NCBI GenBank assembly: GCA_029261055.1
Contig: JAJDCA010000044.1
Span: 13,867-77,866 of the forward strand
DNA: 64,000 bases
DNA from: Candidatus Omnitrophota bacterium
GTDB taxonomy: Bacteria > Omnitrophota > Gorgyraeia > Zapsychrales > Zapsychraceae
Direction: 5' to 3'
Of this stretch, positions 10,404 through 22,154 are shown one piece after another. A model generated the notes under the pieces. It was not told the DNA's origin. It ran no database searches and saw only the letters and a program-made list of their open reading frames with translations. A program made the translations under genes and the position numbers. Within the stretch, counting starts at the first letter, position 1; each line of letters opens with the position of its first letter.

Positions 10404-10649
10404 ATGACAATATTTGTAAAAAAAGCTAAATATTTAAAAGAATACAAAATACAAATTTTGTTTTCTGATGAAACTGAACAAATTTTAGATTTTAAAGGTT
10501 TTCTATCGACAGCAAAAAACCCTATGACAAAAAAATATTTAAATACCAATCTTTTTAAGAAATTTCAGATAAAACATGGTGATCTTGAATGGAATGACTT
10601 TGAATTATGTTTTCCAATATGGGATCTTCATGAAGGTAAAATAAATTAA
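10404..10649 (+). CDS. DUF2442-family protein
   Basis: YKI-I-FSD...F-I-HGDLEW pattern; paired with DUF4160. Confidence 0.7.
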   Translation: MTIFVKKAKYLKEYKIQILFSDETEQILDFKGFLSTAKNPMTKKYLNTNLFKKFQIKHGDLEWNDFELCFPIWDLHEGKIN

Positions 10650-10658
10650 AAGGATACT

Positions 10659-11198
10659 TTGTTTTCCTCAAAACAAACAATATTAGTCGTCATTGACATG
10701 CAAGAAAAATTGATGCCGGTGATGTGTGAGTACGCGAAGGTAATTAAAAATACACAGGTTTTAATTCAAGCAGCCCGAGCATTAGACATTCCTATCCTTT
10801 ATTCCGAACAAGTTCCTGAAAAAATCGGCCCAACGATTCCTGAAATTCATCAATATTTAAAAGATCAATTACCTATTTCCAAAAAAACCTTCAGCTGTTG
10901 TCGTGAAATTACATTTTTGAATGCTCTCAATGAAATGCATCGTAAACAAATCATTGTGGTGGGTATTGAAGCACACGTCTGTGTGTATCAAACCGTCGCT
11001 GACCTCATTCATTCCGAATTTGAAGTCAATGTCATTGCTGATGCGGTTTCTTCCCGCTCACAAGACAATAAACAGATAGCCTTAAACCGTGCGGCAAAGT
11101 TAGGCGCCGCCGTGAGCAGTACAGAAATGATGGTACTCGAATTAGTAGGGACAGCAGAACATAAAAATTTTAAAGAAATTTTAGAATTGATAAAATAA
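10659..11198 (+). CDS. Isochorismatase-family hydrolase
   Basis: VIDMQEKL, SEQ-P, KKTFSC, GIEAHVCVYQT. Confidence 0.85.
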   Translation: MFSSKQTILVVIDMQEKLMPVMCEYAKVIKNTQVLIQAARALDIPILYSEQVPEKIGPTIPEIHQYLKDQLPISKKTFSCCREITFLNALNEMHRKQIIVVGIEAHVCVYQTVADLIHSEFEVNVIADAVSSRSQDNKQIALNRAAKLGAAVSSTEMMVLELVGTAEHKNFKEILELIK

Positions 11199-11209
11199 AA
11201 ATTTAATTT

Positions 11210-11491
11210 ATGAAAGAACTAAAAAAAATAAATGAGCATGTAACAAATACAAAGGAATCTTGGGATATTTTGTTAGAATCAATTCGAGAAAAACTTATTG
11301 GAAAAACTATTTTTTGTGATGGTTGTAAGAAACAAATTAAAAGGAACAAATTTTCTATTTCTTTTAAGTTACCCAAGAAATATCAAAATTTAAAAAATAT
11401 TCCTTTAGATCTTCTCAAAAATTTACGTTATGTAAAATGCAATCATTTTTCATGTGCAAATAAGATGTTAGAAAAAGCATTTAAAAAATAG
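11210..11491 (+). CDS. Hypothetical protein (possible Zn-binding)
   Basis: AT-rich ORF with CDGC and C...C. Confidence 0.4.
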   Translation: MKELKKINEHVTNTKESWDILLESIREKLIGKTIFCDGCKKQIKRNKFSISFKLPKKYQNLKNIPLDLLKNLRYVKCNHFSCANKMLEKAFKK

Positions 11492-11501
11492 GAGGTATTA
11501 A

Positions 11502-13469
11502 ATGAGTGATCATACTAAACAAGGCAGCAAAGACACGGTAAAAGCTTTATTAGTTGAAAATCGGGTGTTTCCACCGCGTGCGGAATTTAAAGGGCAGGTG
11601 GATATTAAGGATGCGGCTATTTATGCGGAAGCGGCAAAAGATCGTGAGGCGTTTTGGGCGGGGTGTGCGGCAAAATTGGATTGGTTTAAGAAGTGGGATA
11701 CGGTTTTAGAATGGGAAGCGCCGTTTGCGAAATGGTTTGTCGGGGGAAAGTTGAATGCGAGTTACAATTGTTTGGATCGGCATATTAAGAATGGGCTGGG
11801 GCAGAAAACAGCAATTATTTGGGAGGCGGAATCGGAAGGGGAACAACGTATTCTTTCTTACGATGATGTGTACACGGCCGTTAATAAAATGGCAAATTGT
11901 TTGAAAACACTCGGTGTAGCCAAGGGGGATCGTGTCGCCATTTACATGCCTATGGTGCCGGAAGCTGCTTTTGCGATGCTCGCTTGTGCGCGTATCGGGG
12001 CGATTCACAATGTTGTCTTCGGCGGTTTTAGCGTGGATTCATTACGTGACCGTATCAATGATGCGCAAGCCAAACTGTTGATTACAGCGGACGGTGGATT
12101 TCGCCGTGGCAAAATTGTTCCGCTCAAAGAAACTTCAGATAAAGCCGTAGCAGAATGTCCTTCCATTGAAAAGCTTTTAGTTATTCAGCGGACAAAAAGT
12201 GATGTGAATATGAAGGAAGGTCGAGACCATTGGTATCATGACATGATGGAAAAAGCGGATGAATTTTGTGAACCGGAACCAATGGATGCGGAAGATATTT
12301 TATTCATACTTTACACCTCAGGGACAACGGGTAAACCGAAAGGCATTATTCACACCACAGGTGGATACCTTACCCAAGCAACAGCCACCACTAAGTGGGT
12401 ATTTGATCTTAAATCAGAAGATATCTTTTGGTGCACCGCTGACGTGGGTTGGGTTACCGGACACAGTTACATTGTGTATGGTCCGATGGCCAATGCGGCC
12501 ACACAAGTGATGTATGAAGGAACACCGGATTTCCCAGAACGCGATCGATTTTGGAAAATTATTGAAAAAAATAAAGTATCTATTTTTTACACGGCCCCTA
12601 CTGCAATTCGCGCTTTTATGAAATGGGGAGAAGAATGGGTCAATAAATGTGATGTATCCAGCCTACGTCTTTTAGGTACGGTTGGAGAACCCATTAATCC
12701 AGAAGCGTGGATTTGGTATCATAAACATATCGGTAAGGAAAAATGTCCGATTGTGGATACATGGTGGCAAACAGAAACAGGTAGTATTTTGATTTCACCA
12801 TTACCGGGCGTGATTGATACAAAGCCGGGGTCGGCGACGAAACCTTTACCAGGTATCGAGGCTAAAATTTTGACTGAAGAAGGTTCAGAGGTTGAAAAAG
12901 GTGGCGGTTATTTATCCATCACAAGTCCTTGGCCGTCGATGTTGCGTGGTATTTGGGGAGATGAACAACGTTACAAAGATACATATTGGAGTAAATGGGA
13001 GGGAAAATCATATTTTCCAGGTGATGGCGCAAAAAAAGATCCGGATGGGTATTTTTGGCTTTTAGGTCGCGTTGACGACGTGATGAATGTAGCGGGTCAC
13101 AATATTGGAACAATGGAAGTTGAAAGCGCGCTTGTGGATCATCCAACAGTTGCTGAATCTGCGGTGGTCGGTATTTCGGATGAATTAAAAGGACAAGCGA
13201 TTGCTGCTTTTGTTATTCTTAAGGAAGGGAATGAACCTGGTAAAGAGGAAGAAGATACATTAAAACAACACGTGGCCAATAAAATTGGCGCAATTGCCCG
13301 ACCGAAGAAAATTATCTTTACCGCTGAGTTACCAAAGACACGCAGTGGTAAAATTATGCGTCGACTTTTGAGAGACATTGCCGAAGGCCGTGCGCTTGGC
13401 GATGTAACAACCTTGGCCGATGCCAGCATCGTCGAGAGTTTAAAGACAAAATATTCAGAAGAAGGGTAA
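11502..13469 (+). CDS. acs: Acetate--CoA ligase
   Basis: [32 protein letters not shown]; SD ggagg. Confidence 0.97.
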   Translation: MSDHTKQGSKDTVKALLVENRVFPPRAEFKGQVDIKDAAIYAEAAKDREAFWAGCAAKLDWFKKWDTVLEWEAPFAKWFVGGKLNASYNCLDRHIKNGLGQKTAIIWEAESEGEQRILSYDDVYTAVNKMANCLKTLGVAKGDRVAIYMPMVPEAAFAMLACARIGAIHNVVFGGFSVDSLRDRINDAQAKLLITADGGFRRGKIVPLKETSDKAVAECPSIEKLLVIQRTKSDVNMKEGRDHWYHDMMEKADEFCEPEPMDAEDILFILYTSGTTGKPKGIIHTTGGYLTQATATTKWVFDLKSEDIFWCTADVGWVTGHSYIVYGPMANAATQVMYEGTPDFPERDRFWKIIEKNKVSIFYTAPTAIRAFMKWGEEWVNKCDVSSLRLLGTVGEPINPEAWIWYHKHIGKEKCPIVDTWWQTETGSILISPLPGVIDTKPGSATKPLPGIEAKILTEEGSEVEKGGGYLSITSPWPSMLRGIWGDEQRYKDTYWSKWEGKSYFPGDGAKKDPDGYFWLLGRVDDVMNVAGHNIGTMEVESALVDHPTVAESAVVGISDELKGQAIAAFVILKEGNEPGKEEEDTLKQHVANKIGAIARPKKIIFTAELPKTRSGKIMRRLLRDIAEGRALGDVTTLADASIVESLKTKYSEEG

Positions 13470-13540
13470 AAAAGTTATCACAAGGATAAGTAAATAATGT
13501 GTTTTAAAATTTGCTTAGCTATGTTAGAATTTTTTTCATT

Positions 13541-14215
13541 ATGAATCAAACATCCACCTATCAAAAATCTTCTATTGGTAAAAAACAAATTGTAGCCGTC
13601 ACAGGCCTGATTCTTATTTTATTTGTCTGTGGGCATTTATTAGGAAACCTCTTTATTTTTGTGGGGCCGGAGGCCTTTAATCATTATGCTGCAAAATTAG
13701 CAGGTCTTCGTCCAGGACTTTATGTCGTTGAGGCCGGGCTGACGATTATGTTTGTTGTACATTTGATGCTAACCCTCTCAATAGCCCATGAAAATGCTGC
13801 AGCACGTCCTGTTAAATATCAGGTGAGTAACCCTGGAGCCAGCAAAACACATTCTAGTTGTTTGATGCCGCTATCCGGTAGTGTCCTTTTGATTTTTGTC
13901 TTGTGGCATTTATGGGATTTTACTTTTTCAAATCATGATGGCTTACGCAGCGTTTTATCGGATGGCGTTAACTACGGCCTTTATGGCGTAGTTGTCAATT
14001 CTTTTAAAGATCCGTTACATAGTATTCTCTACATCCTTTCCATGGCTGCCGTGGGATTACATCTTAGTCATGGATTGCAAAGCGTTGTGCAAACCTTTGG
14101 TTTATCCGATGGTAAATTTTTACCCGTAATGAAAAAAATTAGTTTTGTATTTGGTTTTAGTGTGGCCGCCATATTTAGTGCCATACCTATGTATGTATTA
14201 TTTGTATTGAAATAA
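13541..14215 (+). CDS. sdhC: Succinate dehydrogenase/fumarate reductase cytochrome b subunit
   Basis: SSIGKK...HLLGN, five TM helices with His ligands; upstream of sdhAB; likely start 13541. Confidence 0.85.
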   Translation: MNQTSTYQKSSIGKKQIVAVTGLILILFVCGHLLGNLFIFVGPEAFNHYAAKLAGLRPGLYVVEAGLTIMFVVHLMLTLSIAHENAAARPVKYQVSNPGASKTHSSCLMPLSGSVLLIFVLWHLWDFTFSNHDGLRSVLSDGVNYGLYGVVVNSFKDPLHSILYILSMAAVGLHLSHGLQSVVQTFGLSDGKFLPVMKKISFVFGFSVAAIFSAIPMYVLFVLK

Positions 14216-14217
14216 CT

Positions 14218-16128
14218 ATGTTAAATTCTAAAATTCCATCAGGCCCTTTAAAAGACAAATGGGCCAATCATAAAGATCATTTGAAACTCGTCAATCCGGC
14301 GAATAAACGCAAGTACAATGTAATTGTTGTTGGAACAGGGTTGGCCGGAGCTTCTGCCGCTGCTTCATTATCCGAAATGGGTTATCAAGTTGATACATTT
14401 TGCATGCAAGACAGTGCTCGCCGTGCCCATAGTATTTCAGCGCAAGGCGGTATTAATGCCGCCAAAAATTATCCGAATGATGGCGACAGCATTTATCGTT
14501 TATTTTACGACACCGTTAAAGGTGGTGATTTCCGTTCGCGTGAAGCAAATGTGTATCGTCTTGCCGAAGTAAGTAATCAAATTATTGATCAATGCGTTGC
14601 GCAGGGAGTTCCATTTGCACGAGAGTATTCCGGGTATCTGGATAATCGTTCCTTTGGTGGGGCTCAAGTTTCACGTACATTTTATGCCCGCGGACAAACT
14701 GGCCAACAACTTTTATTAGGCGCTTACAGTGCTTTAATGAAAGAGGTTGGGCGTGGTTCAGTCACATTGCATACACGGACTGAAATTTTAGATATTGTGG
14801 TTATTGATGGTGTTGCCCGAGGGGTGATAACACGTAATTTGATTTCCGGTGAAATTGCCAGTTTTGCCGCTGATGCGGTTGTGTTGGCCACCGGCGGTTA
14901 TTCTAATGTATTTTATTTATCGACGAATGCTAAAGCGTGTAACGTAACAGCTGCATGGCGGGCGCATAAGCGTGGTGCTTTTTTTGCTAATCCATGTTAC
15001 ACACAAATTCATCCTACCTGCATTCCAGTTCATGGAGAATATCAATCCAAATTAACTTTAATGAGTGAAAGTTTACGTAATGATGGCCGTGTTTGGGTTC
15101 CAAAGAAAGAAGGAGACCCCCGAAAGGCTCAGGATATCCCTGAAGAAGAACGTGATTATTATTTAGAACGGCGATATCCAAGTTTTGGTAATTTAGTTCC
15201 GCGCGATTTGGCCTCACGTAATGCAAAAATGCAATGTGACGAGGGTAAAGGCGTAGGTCCAACTGGTCAGGCCGTGTATCTTGATTTTGAAGAGGCGATT
15301 GGACGTTTGGGTGAAGATGTTATTCGAGCTCGGTATGGAAATCTTTTTGATATGTACGAAAGTATTACGGCGGAAAATCCTTACAAACAACCCATGCTTA
15401 TTTTTCCAGCCTTGCACTACACGATGGGTGGATTATGGGTGGATTACAATTTAATGAGTAATCTTCCGGGATTATTTGTTTTGGGTGAAGCTAATTTTTC
15501 GGATCATGGGGCTAACCGGTTAGGTGCAAGTGCGCTTATGCAAGGATTAGCTGATGGCTATTTTGTTTTACCGTACACCATTGGAGATTATTTGGCGGGT
15601 GTTCCATCTGGAAGAACGGCCACAGATTCCGATGAATTTCGACAGGCAGAAAAAGAAGCCGAAGAGAAAATAGAGACCTTGCTAGCCATTAAAGGAAACA
15701 AAACGGTTGATGATTTTCATAGAGAGCTTGGAAAATTGTGTTGGGAAAAATGTGGTATGTCACGCGATGAGCAAGGGCTTAAAGAGGCATTGCAAAAAAT
15801 TCCTGAAATTCGTGATGAGTTTTGGAAAAATGTAAATGTTCCTGGATCAGGCCGTGACCTTAATCAATCGTTGGAACGCGCCGGACGCGTAGCCGATTTT
15901 CTTGAATTTGCCGAATTGATGGTTAATGATGCCTTGTACCGTAAAGAATCTTGTGGCGGTCATTTTCGTGAAGAATCCAAAACCGAAGAAGGTGAAGCCC
16001 TGCGGGATGATAAAAATTTTACACATGTAGCTGCTTGGGAATTCCAAGGTTTGAATAAGGAGCCACAACTTCACAAAGAGGCACTTGAGTTTGAAACAGT
16101 CCAGCTGACACAGAGGAGTTACAAGTGA
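14218..16128 (+). CDS. sdhA: Succinate dehydrogenase/fumarate reductase flavoprotein
   Basis: [16 protein letters not shown] (covalent FAD His), QIHPT, HYTMGG, HGANRLG. Confidence 0.95.
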   Translation: MLNSKIPSGPLKDKWANHKDHLKLVNPANKRKYNVIVVGTGLAGASAAASLSEMGYQVDTFCMQDSARRAHSISAQGGINAAKNYPNDGDSIYRLFYDTVKGGDFRSREANVYRLAEVSNQIIDQCVAQGVPFAREYSGYLDNRSFGGAQVSRTFYARGQTGQQLLLGAYSALMKEVGRGSVTLHTRTEILDIVVIDGVARGVITRNLISGEIASFAADAVVLATGGYSNVFYLSTNAKACNVTAAWRAHKRGAFFANPCYTQIHPTCIPVHGEYQSKLTLMSESLRNDGRVWVPKKEGDPRKAQDIPEEERDYYLERRYPSFGNLVPRDLASRNAKMQCDEGKGVGPTGQAVYLDFEEAIGRLGEDVIRARYGNLFDMYESITAENPYKQPMLIFPALHYTMGGLWVDYNLMSNLPGLFVLGEANFSDHGANRLGASALMQGLADGYFVLPYTIGDYLAGVPSGRTATDSDEFRQAEKEAEEKIETLLAIKGNKTVDDFHRELGKLCWEKCGMSRDEQGLKEALQKIPEIRDEFWKNVNVPGSGRDLNQSLERAGRVADFLEFAELMVNDALYRKESCGGHFREESKTEEGEALRDDKNFTHVAAWEFQGLNKEPQLHKEALEFETVQLTQRSYK

Positions 16129-16874
16129 AAACGATTAACCTTACACTTCAAATTTGGCGACAAAAAGATGCAAACAGTACAGGCCAATTTGAATCATATC
16201 CCGCCAAAGATATTGACACGGCTATGTCGTTTCTCGAGATGTTAGATGTGGTGAATGAGCGTTTGACGAAAGAAGGCAAAGAACCTGTGGCCTTTGATCA
16301 TGATTGTCGGGAAGGCATTTGCGGGATGTGTGGGGCCGTCGTTAATGGACAACCTCACGGACACATCAAAGCAACCACATTGTGCCAATTGCATATGCGT
16401 CATTTTAATGATGGCGAGACTATTGTAATTGAACCGTGGCGCTCAACGGCTTTTCCTGTGACGAAAGATCTCATTGTAGATCGTACGGCGTTTGATCGGA
16501 TTATTTCAGCGGGTGGTTTTATCTCCGCAAAAACCGGATCAGCTCCGGAAGCCAGTGCTATTTCAATTCAACAAGACAAGGCAGAATTATCTATGGATGC
16601 AGCCTCATGTATCGGTTGTGGTGCTTGTGTTGCATCTTGTCCTAATGCCTCAGCCATGCTTTTTACATCGGCTAAGGTAAGTCATTTAAATTTATTACCG
16701 CAAGGTAGAGTTGAGGCAAAAGACCGTGTCACCAACATGGTCAAACAAATGGACGAAGAAGGGTTTGGTAATTGTTCTAATGAATACCTCTGTGAAGATG
16801 CCTGTCCAAAAGAAATTTCTGTAGTTAATATTGCTCGTATGAATAAAGAATTTCGTACCGCATCCCGATCGTAA
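16125..16874 (+). CDS. sdhB: Succinate dehydrogenase/fumarate reductase Fe-S subunit
   Basis: [20 protein letters not shown], third cluster motif. Confidence 0.95.
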   Translation: MKTINLTLQIWRQKDANSTGQFESYPAKDIDTAMSFLEMLDVVNERLTKEGKEPVAFDHDCREGICGMCGAVVNGQPHGHIKATTLCQLHMRHFNDGETIVIEPWRSTAFPVTKDLIVDRTAFDRIISAGGFISAKTGSAPEASAISIQQDKAELSMDAASCIGCGACVASCPNASAMLFTSAKVSHLNLLPQGRVEAKDRVTNMVKQMDEEGFGNCSNEYLCEDACPKEISVVNIARMNKEFRTASRS

Positions 16875-16883
16875 TATCCTTTC

Positions 16884-18263
16884 ATGTCAATTCTCATCGA
16901 CAAAGATACCATCCTTAAATACGATAAAGCCGGTCCGCGTTACACAAGTTATCCGACAGCCCCAACATGGTCGGATGAAGTCAACGAATCTGTTTACATC
17001 GAAAAATTAAAAAGCTTTGGTCAGACAGATAAGACTTTATCTTTGTACATTCATATCCCTTTTTGTCAGACCTTGTGCACCTATTGCGGATGCAATGTCG
17101 TTATTCGTCCTCAAAAAGAAAAATATGGGGATGTGTATTTGGATCATTTAATCCGTGAAATGGAATTGATTGCTAAGCATATTGGAACAAAAAAAACTGT
17201 TCATCAATATCATTGGGGGGGAGGGACACCGACGTTCTTGACTGAATCACAAATTGAGCGTTTATTTACCAAAACACAAGAATATTTTACGTTGAGCCCT
17301 ACGAGTGAAATTGCTATTGAAGTTGATCCTCGGACAACGGATAAAGCTAAGATACGATCCTTGCGTCGTTTAGGGTTTAATCGAATTTCATTTGGTGTTC
17401 AGGATTTTGATGCGAATGTTCAAGAAAAAGTAAACCGTATTCAGCCTTTGGACCTTGTCGCCGATGTGCATGCCTATTGTCGAGAGCTTAAGTTTAATTC
17501 GATTAATTTTGACCTCATTTACGGGTTGCCTGGACAAACAGCGAAAGGTTTTTCCGAAACCATAAAACAGGTTATTGATTTGCGTCCGGATCGCATTGCC
17601 CTTTACAGTTATGCCCATGTGCCCTGGTTAAAAAAACATCAAAATAAAATGAATACAGCTGATCTTCCTTCGGCGGATCAAAAATTGGATATTTTTCTTT
17701 TGGCGCGTGAGCAATTTTTACAAGCCGGATATCAAGCTATTGCCATGGATCATTTTGCCCTTAATGATGATGAACTGGCTAAGGCCTTTAATCACGGCGA
17801 GCTGTATCGCAATTTTATGGGTTACACCGTTCAACCGGCCGATGAATACATTGGTTTGGGGCTTACTTCAATTGGATTTTTAGAAAATACGTTTGTACAC
17901 AACATTAAAGTGCTTCCGGAATATTACAAAGTTTTGGATGAGGGGAAATTACCCGTGGAAAGAGGAAAAATTCTTACGCACGATGATACAGTCCGTCGAT
18001 GGACGATTAATGTCTTGATGTGTCAGTTTCAATTAGATAAAGTAAATTTTCAAACAATATTTGGGACAAGCTTCGACATTTATTTTGAGAACGAACAAAA
18101 ACACTTGAAACATTGCCAAGAAGAAGGGCTTTTAGAAGAAGTTGGAAGTACTCTAAAAGTTACAGAAATTGGAAAAATATTTATTCGCAATATCTGTATG
18201 GGATTTGATGCGTATTTACAAAAAAAAGCAACACCTCAGCAGCGTTTTTCACGAACTATTTAA
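16884..18263 (+). CDS. hemN: Oxygen-independent coproporphyrinogen III oxidase
   Basis: GPRYTSYP, HIPFCxxLCxYCGC, GGGTP, RNFMGY. Confidence 0.93.
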   Translation: MSILIDKDTILKYDKAGPRYTSYPTAPTWSDEVNESVYIEKLKSFGQTDKTLSLYIHIPFCQTLCTYCGCNVVIRPQKEKYGDVYLDHLIREMELIAKHIGTKKTVHQYHWGGGTPTFLTESQIERLFTKTQEYFTLSPTSEIAIEVDPRTTDKAKIRSLRRLGFNRISFGVQDFDANVQEKVNRIQPLDLVADVHAYCRELKFNSINFDLIYGLPGQTAKGFSETIKQVIDLRPDRIALYSYAHVPWLKKHQNKMNTADLPSADQKLDIFLLAREQFLQAGYQAIAMDHFALNDDELAKAFNHGELYRNFMGYTVQPADEYIGLGLTSIGFLENTFVHNIKVLPEYYKVLDEGKLPVERGKILTHDDTVRRWTINVLMCQFQLDKVNFQTIFGTSFDIYFENEQKHLKHCQEEGLLEEVGSTLKVTEIGKIFIRNICMGFDAYLQKKATPQQRFSRTI

Positions 18264-18299
18264 CCAGCAAACAAGCCTGAAAGGTTTGTTTACTGGTTA
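18261..18299 (+). terminator. Stem-loop after hemN
   Basis: taaccagcaaacaagcc-tgaa-aggtttgtttactggtta; no clear U-tract. Confidence 0.5.
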
Positions 18300-18350
18300 C
18301 TTAAAGTAATATTAATTTACGAATTTGACAAATTAAAATAGAATATCGTC

Positions 18351-18695
18351 ATGGAAATAAAAATAATTAAAGAAAAAATTTTACTGGAAGAATTTAACCG
18401 TCTTGCTCAGGAAAATTATGGCGACATGGTTAAGGGTGTTGTTGATGTCACACAGAAAATTCTAGCTTTAGGTGGTGAACTTCATGCAGATGCAGAGACC
18501 CTTTTACTTGAAAATGGTTCAAAACAGGAAGATTTGTGGGGATTTAATATTTTTAAGGAACGATCTAAAGAAGAAAGAATAGAGTTTGTTTCATTTATTA
18601 ACATACGTCCCGCTCAGAAAAATTTTTCAATGGAAATTGAAAATGACGAGTTACAAAAATTAATACAAAGTATCATTAATACACTAGTTGACTAG
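18351..18695 (+). CDS. DUF5674-like protein
   Basis: MVKGVVD...GGELHADAE-LL--GS-Q-DLWG-N...INIRP. Confidence 0.7.
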   Translation: MEIKIIKEKILLEEFNRLAQENYGDMVKGVVDVTQKILALGGELHADAETLLLENGSKQEDLWGFNIFKERSKEERIEFVSFINIRPAQKNFSMEIENDELQKLIQSIINTLVD

Positions 18696-19017
18696 AATAA
18701 TGGATAAAGATAAATGGTACAAATTATCCTGGGCCCGACAGCTTGGAAATATTGGAAGCGAGCTCACCAGGGCACGCCTTAGTGAAGAAAAAAAGGATGA
18801 GGCGGGTCGAAAAAATTCATTAATACGCGCTTTAGAATTATTGGATTTGACCATATCTGACCAAAGATGGATCAAGAAGTTGAAAGAATTAACGCGTTTT
18901 CGTGAAGTAATTGCGGATTGGTTTTGTCAAACACATGCATACAATATTTCTCACAAAATTCTTGAGAAATATTGTATGCATTTTTATCTCAATGAATTAA
19001 GGATTAAAAAATTATGA
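18688..19017 (+). CDS. Hypothetical helical protein, partner of DUF5674
   Basis: W..LS..QLGNIGSE..RA...RALELLDLT..D; overlaps both neighbours. Confidence 0.6.
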   Translation: MTRIMDKDKWYKLSWARQLGNIGSELTRARLSEEKKDEAGRKNSLIRALELLDLTISDQRWIKKLKELTRFREVIADWFCQTHAYNISHKILEKYCMHFYLNELRIKKL

Positions 19018-20009
19018 ATAAACCTTTATTTCTCCAAGCATTTGAAGGGACGAATGAAAAAGTTCCGGTTTGGTTTATGCGTCAGGCAGGTCGCTATTTA
19101 CCGGAATACCAAGCCATTAAAAAAAAGCATTCCCTTGAAAAAATGTTTAAAATGCCTGAGCTTGCCGCTGAAATCACCTGTCAGCCGATTGATATTTTGG
19201 GGGTCGATGCCGCCATTTTGTTTGCAGACATCTTGACGCTGCCTACAGCCATGGGGTTTAATATCCACTTCGACAATAAAAAAGGGCCAATCATTGAAGT
19301 GATGAAAAAGTTTGATGATGTTCATGATTTTGATGATTTGTCGCATGTATCCAAAACTATTGAATTAGTCAAACAGCGCCTCCCGAAAAATATTCCCTTA
19401 ATTGGATTTGCCGGTTCGCCGTTTACGGTGTTAACCTATTTAATCGAAGGGGGATCATCATTAACGTATGCAAAAACGTTTCGATTTGCACGGGAAGAGT
19501 CTGAATTGTTTCATCGCTTGATGCAGATGATTACAACAAATACGATTAATTACCTTAATCTTCAGAAAGCAGCCGGCATTGATGCGTTCCAAATATTCGA
19601 TTCATGGGGCGGAATTTTACGACAGGAAGATTATGCCGAATGGGTTTTGCCGCATGTGTATCAAATTTTTGAACAAGTCGAATTACCGTCCATTTATTAC
19701 CTTAAAAACTGTCGGCATTTACTGCCATTGATGGATCAAACCGAGGCGGATTTTCTCTCGGTGTGCCACACTGTCGAATTAGGGGAGCGACTCTTTAATA
19801 AGACACAAAAAGGCATACAGGGAAATTTGTTTAATGGCCTGTTGTATGCTGATAAAACCACGTTGGAAAAAGAAATTAATACCATCTTAACGGCAGCACA
19901 AAAACATAAAAAATTTATTTTTAATCTAAGTCACGGCGTATTTCCGGATGTTTCGGTTGATCAATGCAAGTTTGTGGTTGATTGTGTGCATGATTTTAAA
20001 TGGAAGTAA
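19014..20009 (+). CDS. hemE: Uroporphyrinogen decarboxylase
   Basis: PVWFMRQAGRYLPEY, DAAILFADIL, IGFAGSPFT, FNLSHG. Confidence 0.95.
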   Translation: MNKPLFLQAFEGTNEKVPVWFMRQAGRYLPEYQAIKKKHSLEKMFKMPELAAEITCQPIDILGVDAAILFADILTLPTAMGFNIHFDNKKGPIIEVMKKFDDVHDFDDLSHVSKTIELVKQRLPKNIPLIGFAGSPFTVLTYLIEGGSSLTYAKTFRFAREESELFHRLMQMITTNTINYLNLQKAAGIDAFQIFDSWGGILRQEDYAEWVLPHVYQIFEQVELPSIYYLKNCRHLLPLMDQTEADFLSVCHTVELGERLFNKTQKGIQGNLFNGLLYADKTTLEKEINTILTAAQKHKKFIFNLSHGVFPDVSVDQCKFVVDCVHDFKWK

Positions 20010-20010
20010 G

Positions 20011-21354
20011 ATGAAAAAGAATATTGTTATTGTTGGGGGAGGGATTAGCGGTTTGGCTCTCCTGCATTATTTAAACATCCGACATTATTTTGATGATGAA
20101 GTGAGTATTCAGCTTCTGGAAAAAGGTTCACGACCAGGCGGAACGATTCAATCAACGCGTGAAGACGACTATCTTTTTGAAAATGGGCCGAATGGTTTTT
20201 TAGACAATAAACCCAACACGCTCAAATTTATTCAGGAGATTGGCACTGAAGAACATCTTGTTCGTGCCTCCGGTGCCGCCAAAATTCGTTTTATTGCTTA
20301 CCAAAAAGCCCTGCATGCCTTGCCGGCCAGTCCCAAAGACTTTATTTCGTTTAAATTATTAACCCCATTGGATAAATTGCGTATTCTTATGGAGCCACTT
20401 TTACCACGGGGCAAGAAATTAGATGAATCTGTGTACGATTTTGGACGACGACGATTAGGCCGGAAATTTTCTGAGCTCTTTTTAGATCCCATGGTCAGTG
20501 GTATTTACGGCGGGGATGCACACAAAATTTGTTTGAGAGCCGCGTTTCCAAGGATGGCTGAACTTGAATCGAAATACCGTTCGTTGTTTAATGCCATGAT
20601 TCGCCTTAAAAAAAAGGGAGGCATGCCGCAGGGGACGTTGACGTCATTTACTGGGGGTATGGCCCAATTAATGGATGTGGCTGCAAAAAAATATGCCGAT
20701 CAAATTGTGTGTAATACTGAGATTAAAACTATTTCTCGGAACGGGCCGCAATACATCGTTTATTCGCAGGATACACAATACAAGGCGGATGAGCTTTTCA
20801 TGTGTACCCCGGCATACAGGGCCGCTGATTTATTAAAAAGTATGGATGCTTCCGTAAGCGAGTCTCTGTTGCAAATTCCTTATGCGCCGATGGCTGTGAT
20901 TGGTCTTGGATTTGCGAATGAGAGTTTTCAATGTTTACCTCAGGGTTTTGGTTATCTCAATCCTTCATCAGAAAAACGCAAGGCTCTCGGTGTTTTGTTT
21001 GACAGTAATATTTTTCCAGAACGGGCCCCGGAAGGGCATTTGCTGTTCCGCATCATGATCGGAGGAGCTCGCTTTCCGGACATTATTAAAAAATCCAAAG
21101 AAGAAATTATTAATCTTGCGCTAGATGAAATTCAACAGCATTTTCCAACAAAGGCAAGTCCAAAGAAAGTTTTTTACCGTATGTGGCCGAAAGCAATTCC
21201 ACAATATGATCAGACGTATGTTCACGTTAAAGCGAAACTTCAGGATCAGCTTAAACAATTACCTCATGTTCATCTGAATGCCAACTATTGGAATGGAATT
21301 TCTTTTAACGATTGCATCCTGGATGCCCGCAACAATTCCATGGCAATTTCTTAA
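20011..21354 (+). CDS. hemY: HemY-type protoporphyrinogen/coproporphyrinogen oxidase
   Basis: GGGISGL Rossmann fold, ENGPNGF, SGIYGGD, AIPQY; likely start 20011. Confidence 0.88.
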   Translation: MKKNIVIVGGGISGLALLHYLNIRHYFDDEVSIQLLEKGSRPGGTIQSTREDDYLFENGPNGFLDNKPNTLKFIQEIGTEEHLVRASGAAKIRFIAYQKALHALPASPKDFISFKLLTPLDKLRILMEPLLPRGKKLDESVYDFGRRRLGRKFSELFLDPMVSGIYGGDAHKICLRAAFPRMAELESKYRSLFNAMIRLKKKGGMPQGTLTSFTGGMAQLMDVAAKKYADQIVCNTEIKTISRNGPQYIVYSQDTQYKADELFMCTPAYRAADLLKSMDASVSESLLQIPYAPMAVIGLGFANESFQCLPQGFGYLNPSSEKRKALGVLFDSNIFPERAPEGHLLFRIMIGGARFPDIIKKSKEEIINLALDEIQQHFPTKASPKKVFYRMWPKAIPQYDQTYVHVKAKLQDQLKQLPHVHLNANYWNGISFNDCILDARNNSMAIS

Positions 21355-21445
21355 ACTTTGTTTATTTGCAACATGTTACAACAAAGTTGCCCCGCGGAGC
21401 AATTTCACAAGTCGTAAATATTTTAACATTTCTAGCAATATTTTC

Positions 21446-21473
21446 TTGTGTATTTAATTTAATCGCCTACAAT
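21446..21473 (+). promoter_or_regulatory. Putative promoter of the cytochrome c maturation operon
   Basis: TTGTGT-16 bp-TACAAT followed by SD aggag. Confidence 0.35.
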
Positions 21474-21505
21474 AGCAAAAATTGATAAAAAAAGGAGTAG
21501 ATGAG

Positions 21506-22129
21506 ATGGCTAATTTTATTTTTTTAATAGGGGTCGTGTTACTCATGAGTTCTTGCGGGCAGCGCCCTGAAAAGACTCAATATGAAGAGATTGTTATTTC
21601 GCCTGAACAACCTAAAGCAAAAGGATCAACTACGATGACCGATCCGCATGCTTTTATGAAAAAAGAAGTTGCGGCTACGAAAGCCGAACCCTCAATAAGT
21701 TGGCACGCACCAGAAGGTTGGGAAGAAGTGGAGTCATCAGGTTTTCGCTTAACTACTTTTAAAGCTGGCATTGATGAACAAATCATGGAGTGTTCTATTG
21801 TGTCTTTAGGGCCTGCGGCTGGCGATTTAAAGGCAAATGTTCAGCGTTGGATGGGACAGATTGAATTGCCCATGCCGAATGAAAAAATATTTACCTATTT
21901 TATGAAAAATTTAAAAACCACCCCAACACAAGCCGGCAAGCCGGCAACATTAGTTGATTTTACATTGTTGCAATCTTTTAAGAAACCAATGCAGCCTTCA
22001 ATGATGACAGCCATTATTTCTTTAGATGATCAAACCATTTTTGTCAAAATGACAGGGGCAGGTCATGCTATTGATTTTCATCGCGAACTTTTTATTGAAT
22101 TGGTGCAATCAATTCGGGTCAAGAAATAA
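21506..22129 (+). CDS. Lipoprotein associated with system II cytochrome c maturation
   Basis: Lipobox MSSC; W-APEGW, ANVQRW, FVKMTG; start after SD aggag. Confidence 0.65.
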   Translation: MANFIFLIGVVLLMSSCGQRPEKTQYEEIVISPEQPKAKGSTTMTDPHAFMKKEVAATKAEPSISWHAPEGWEEVESSGFRLTTFKAGIDEQIMECSIVSLGPAAGDLKANVQRWMGQIELPMPNEKIFTYFMKNLKTTPTQAGKPATLVDFTLLQSFKKPMQPSMMTAIISLDDQTIFVKMTGAGHAIDFHRELFIELVQSIRVKK

Positions 22130-22154
22130 TTAATCTCGGTACACTTAATTTCTA

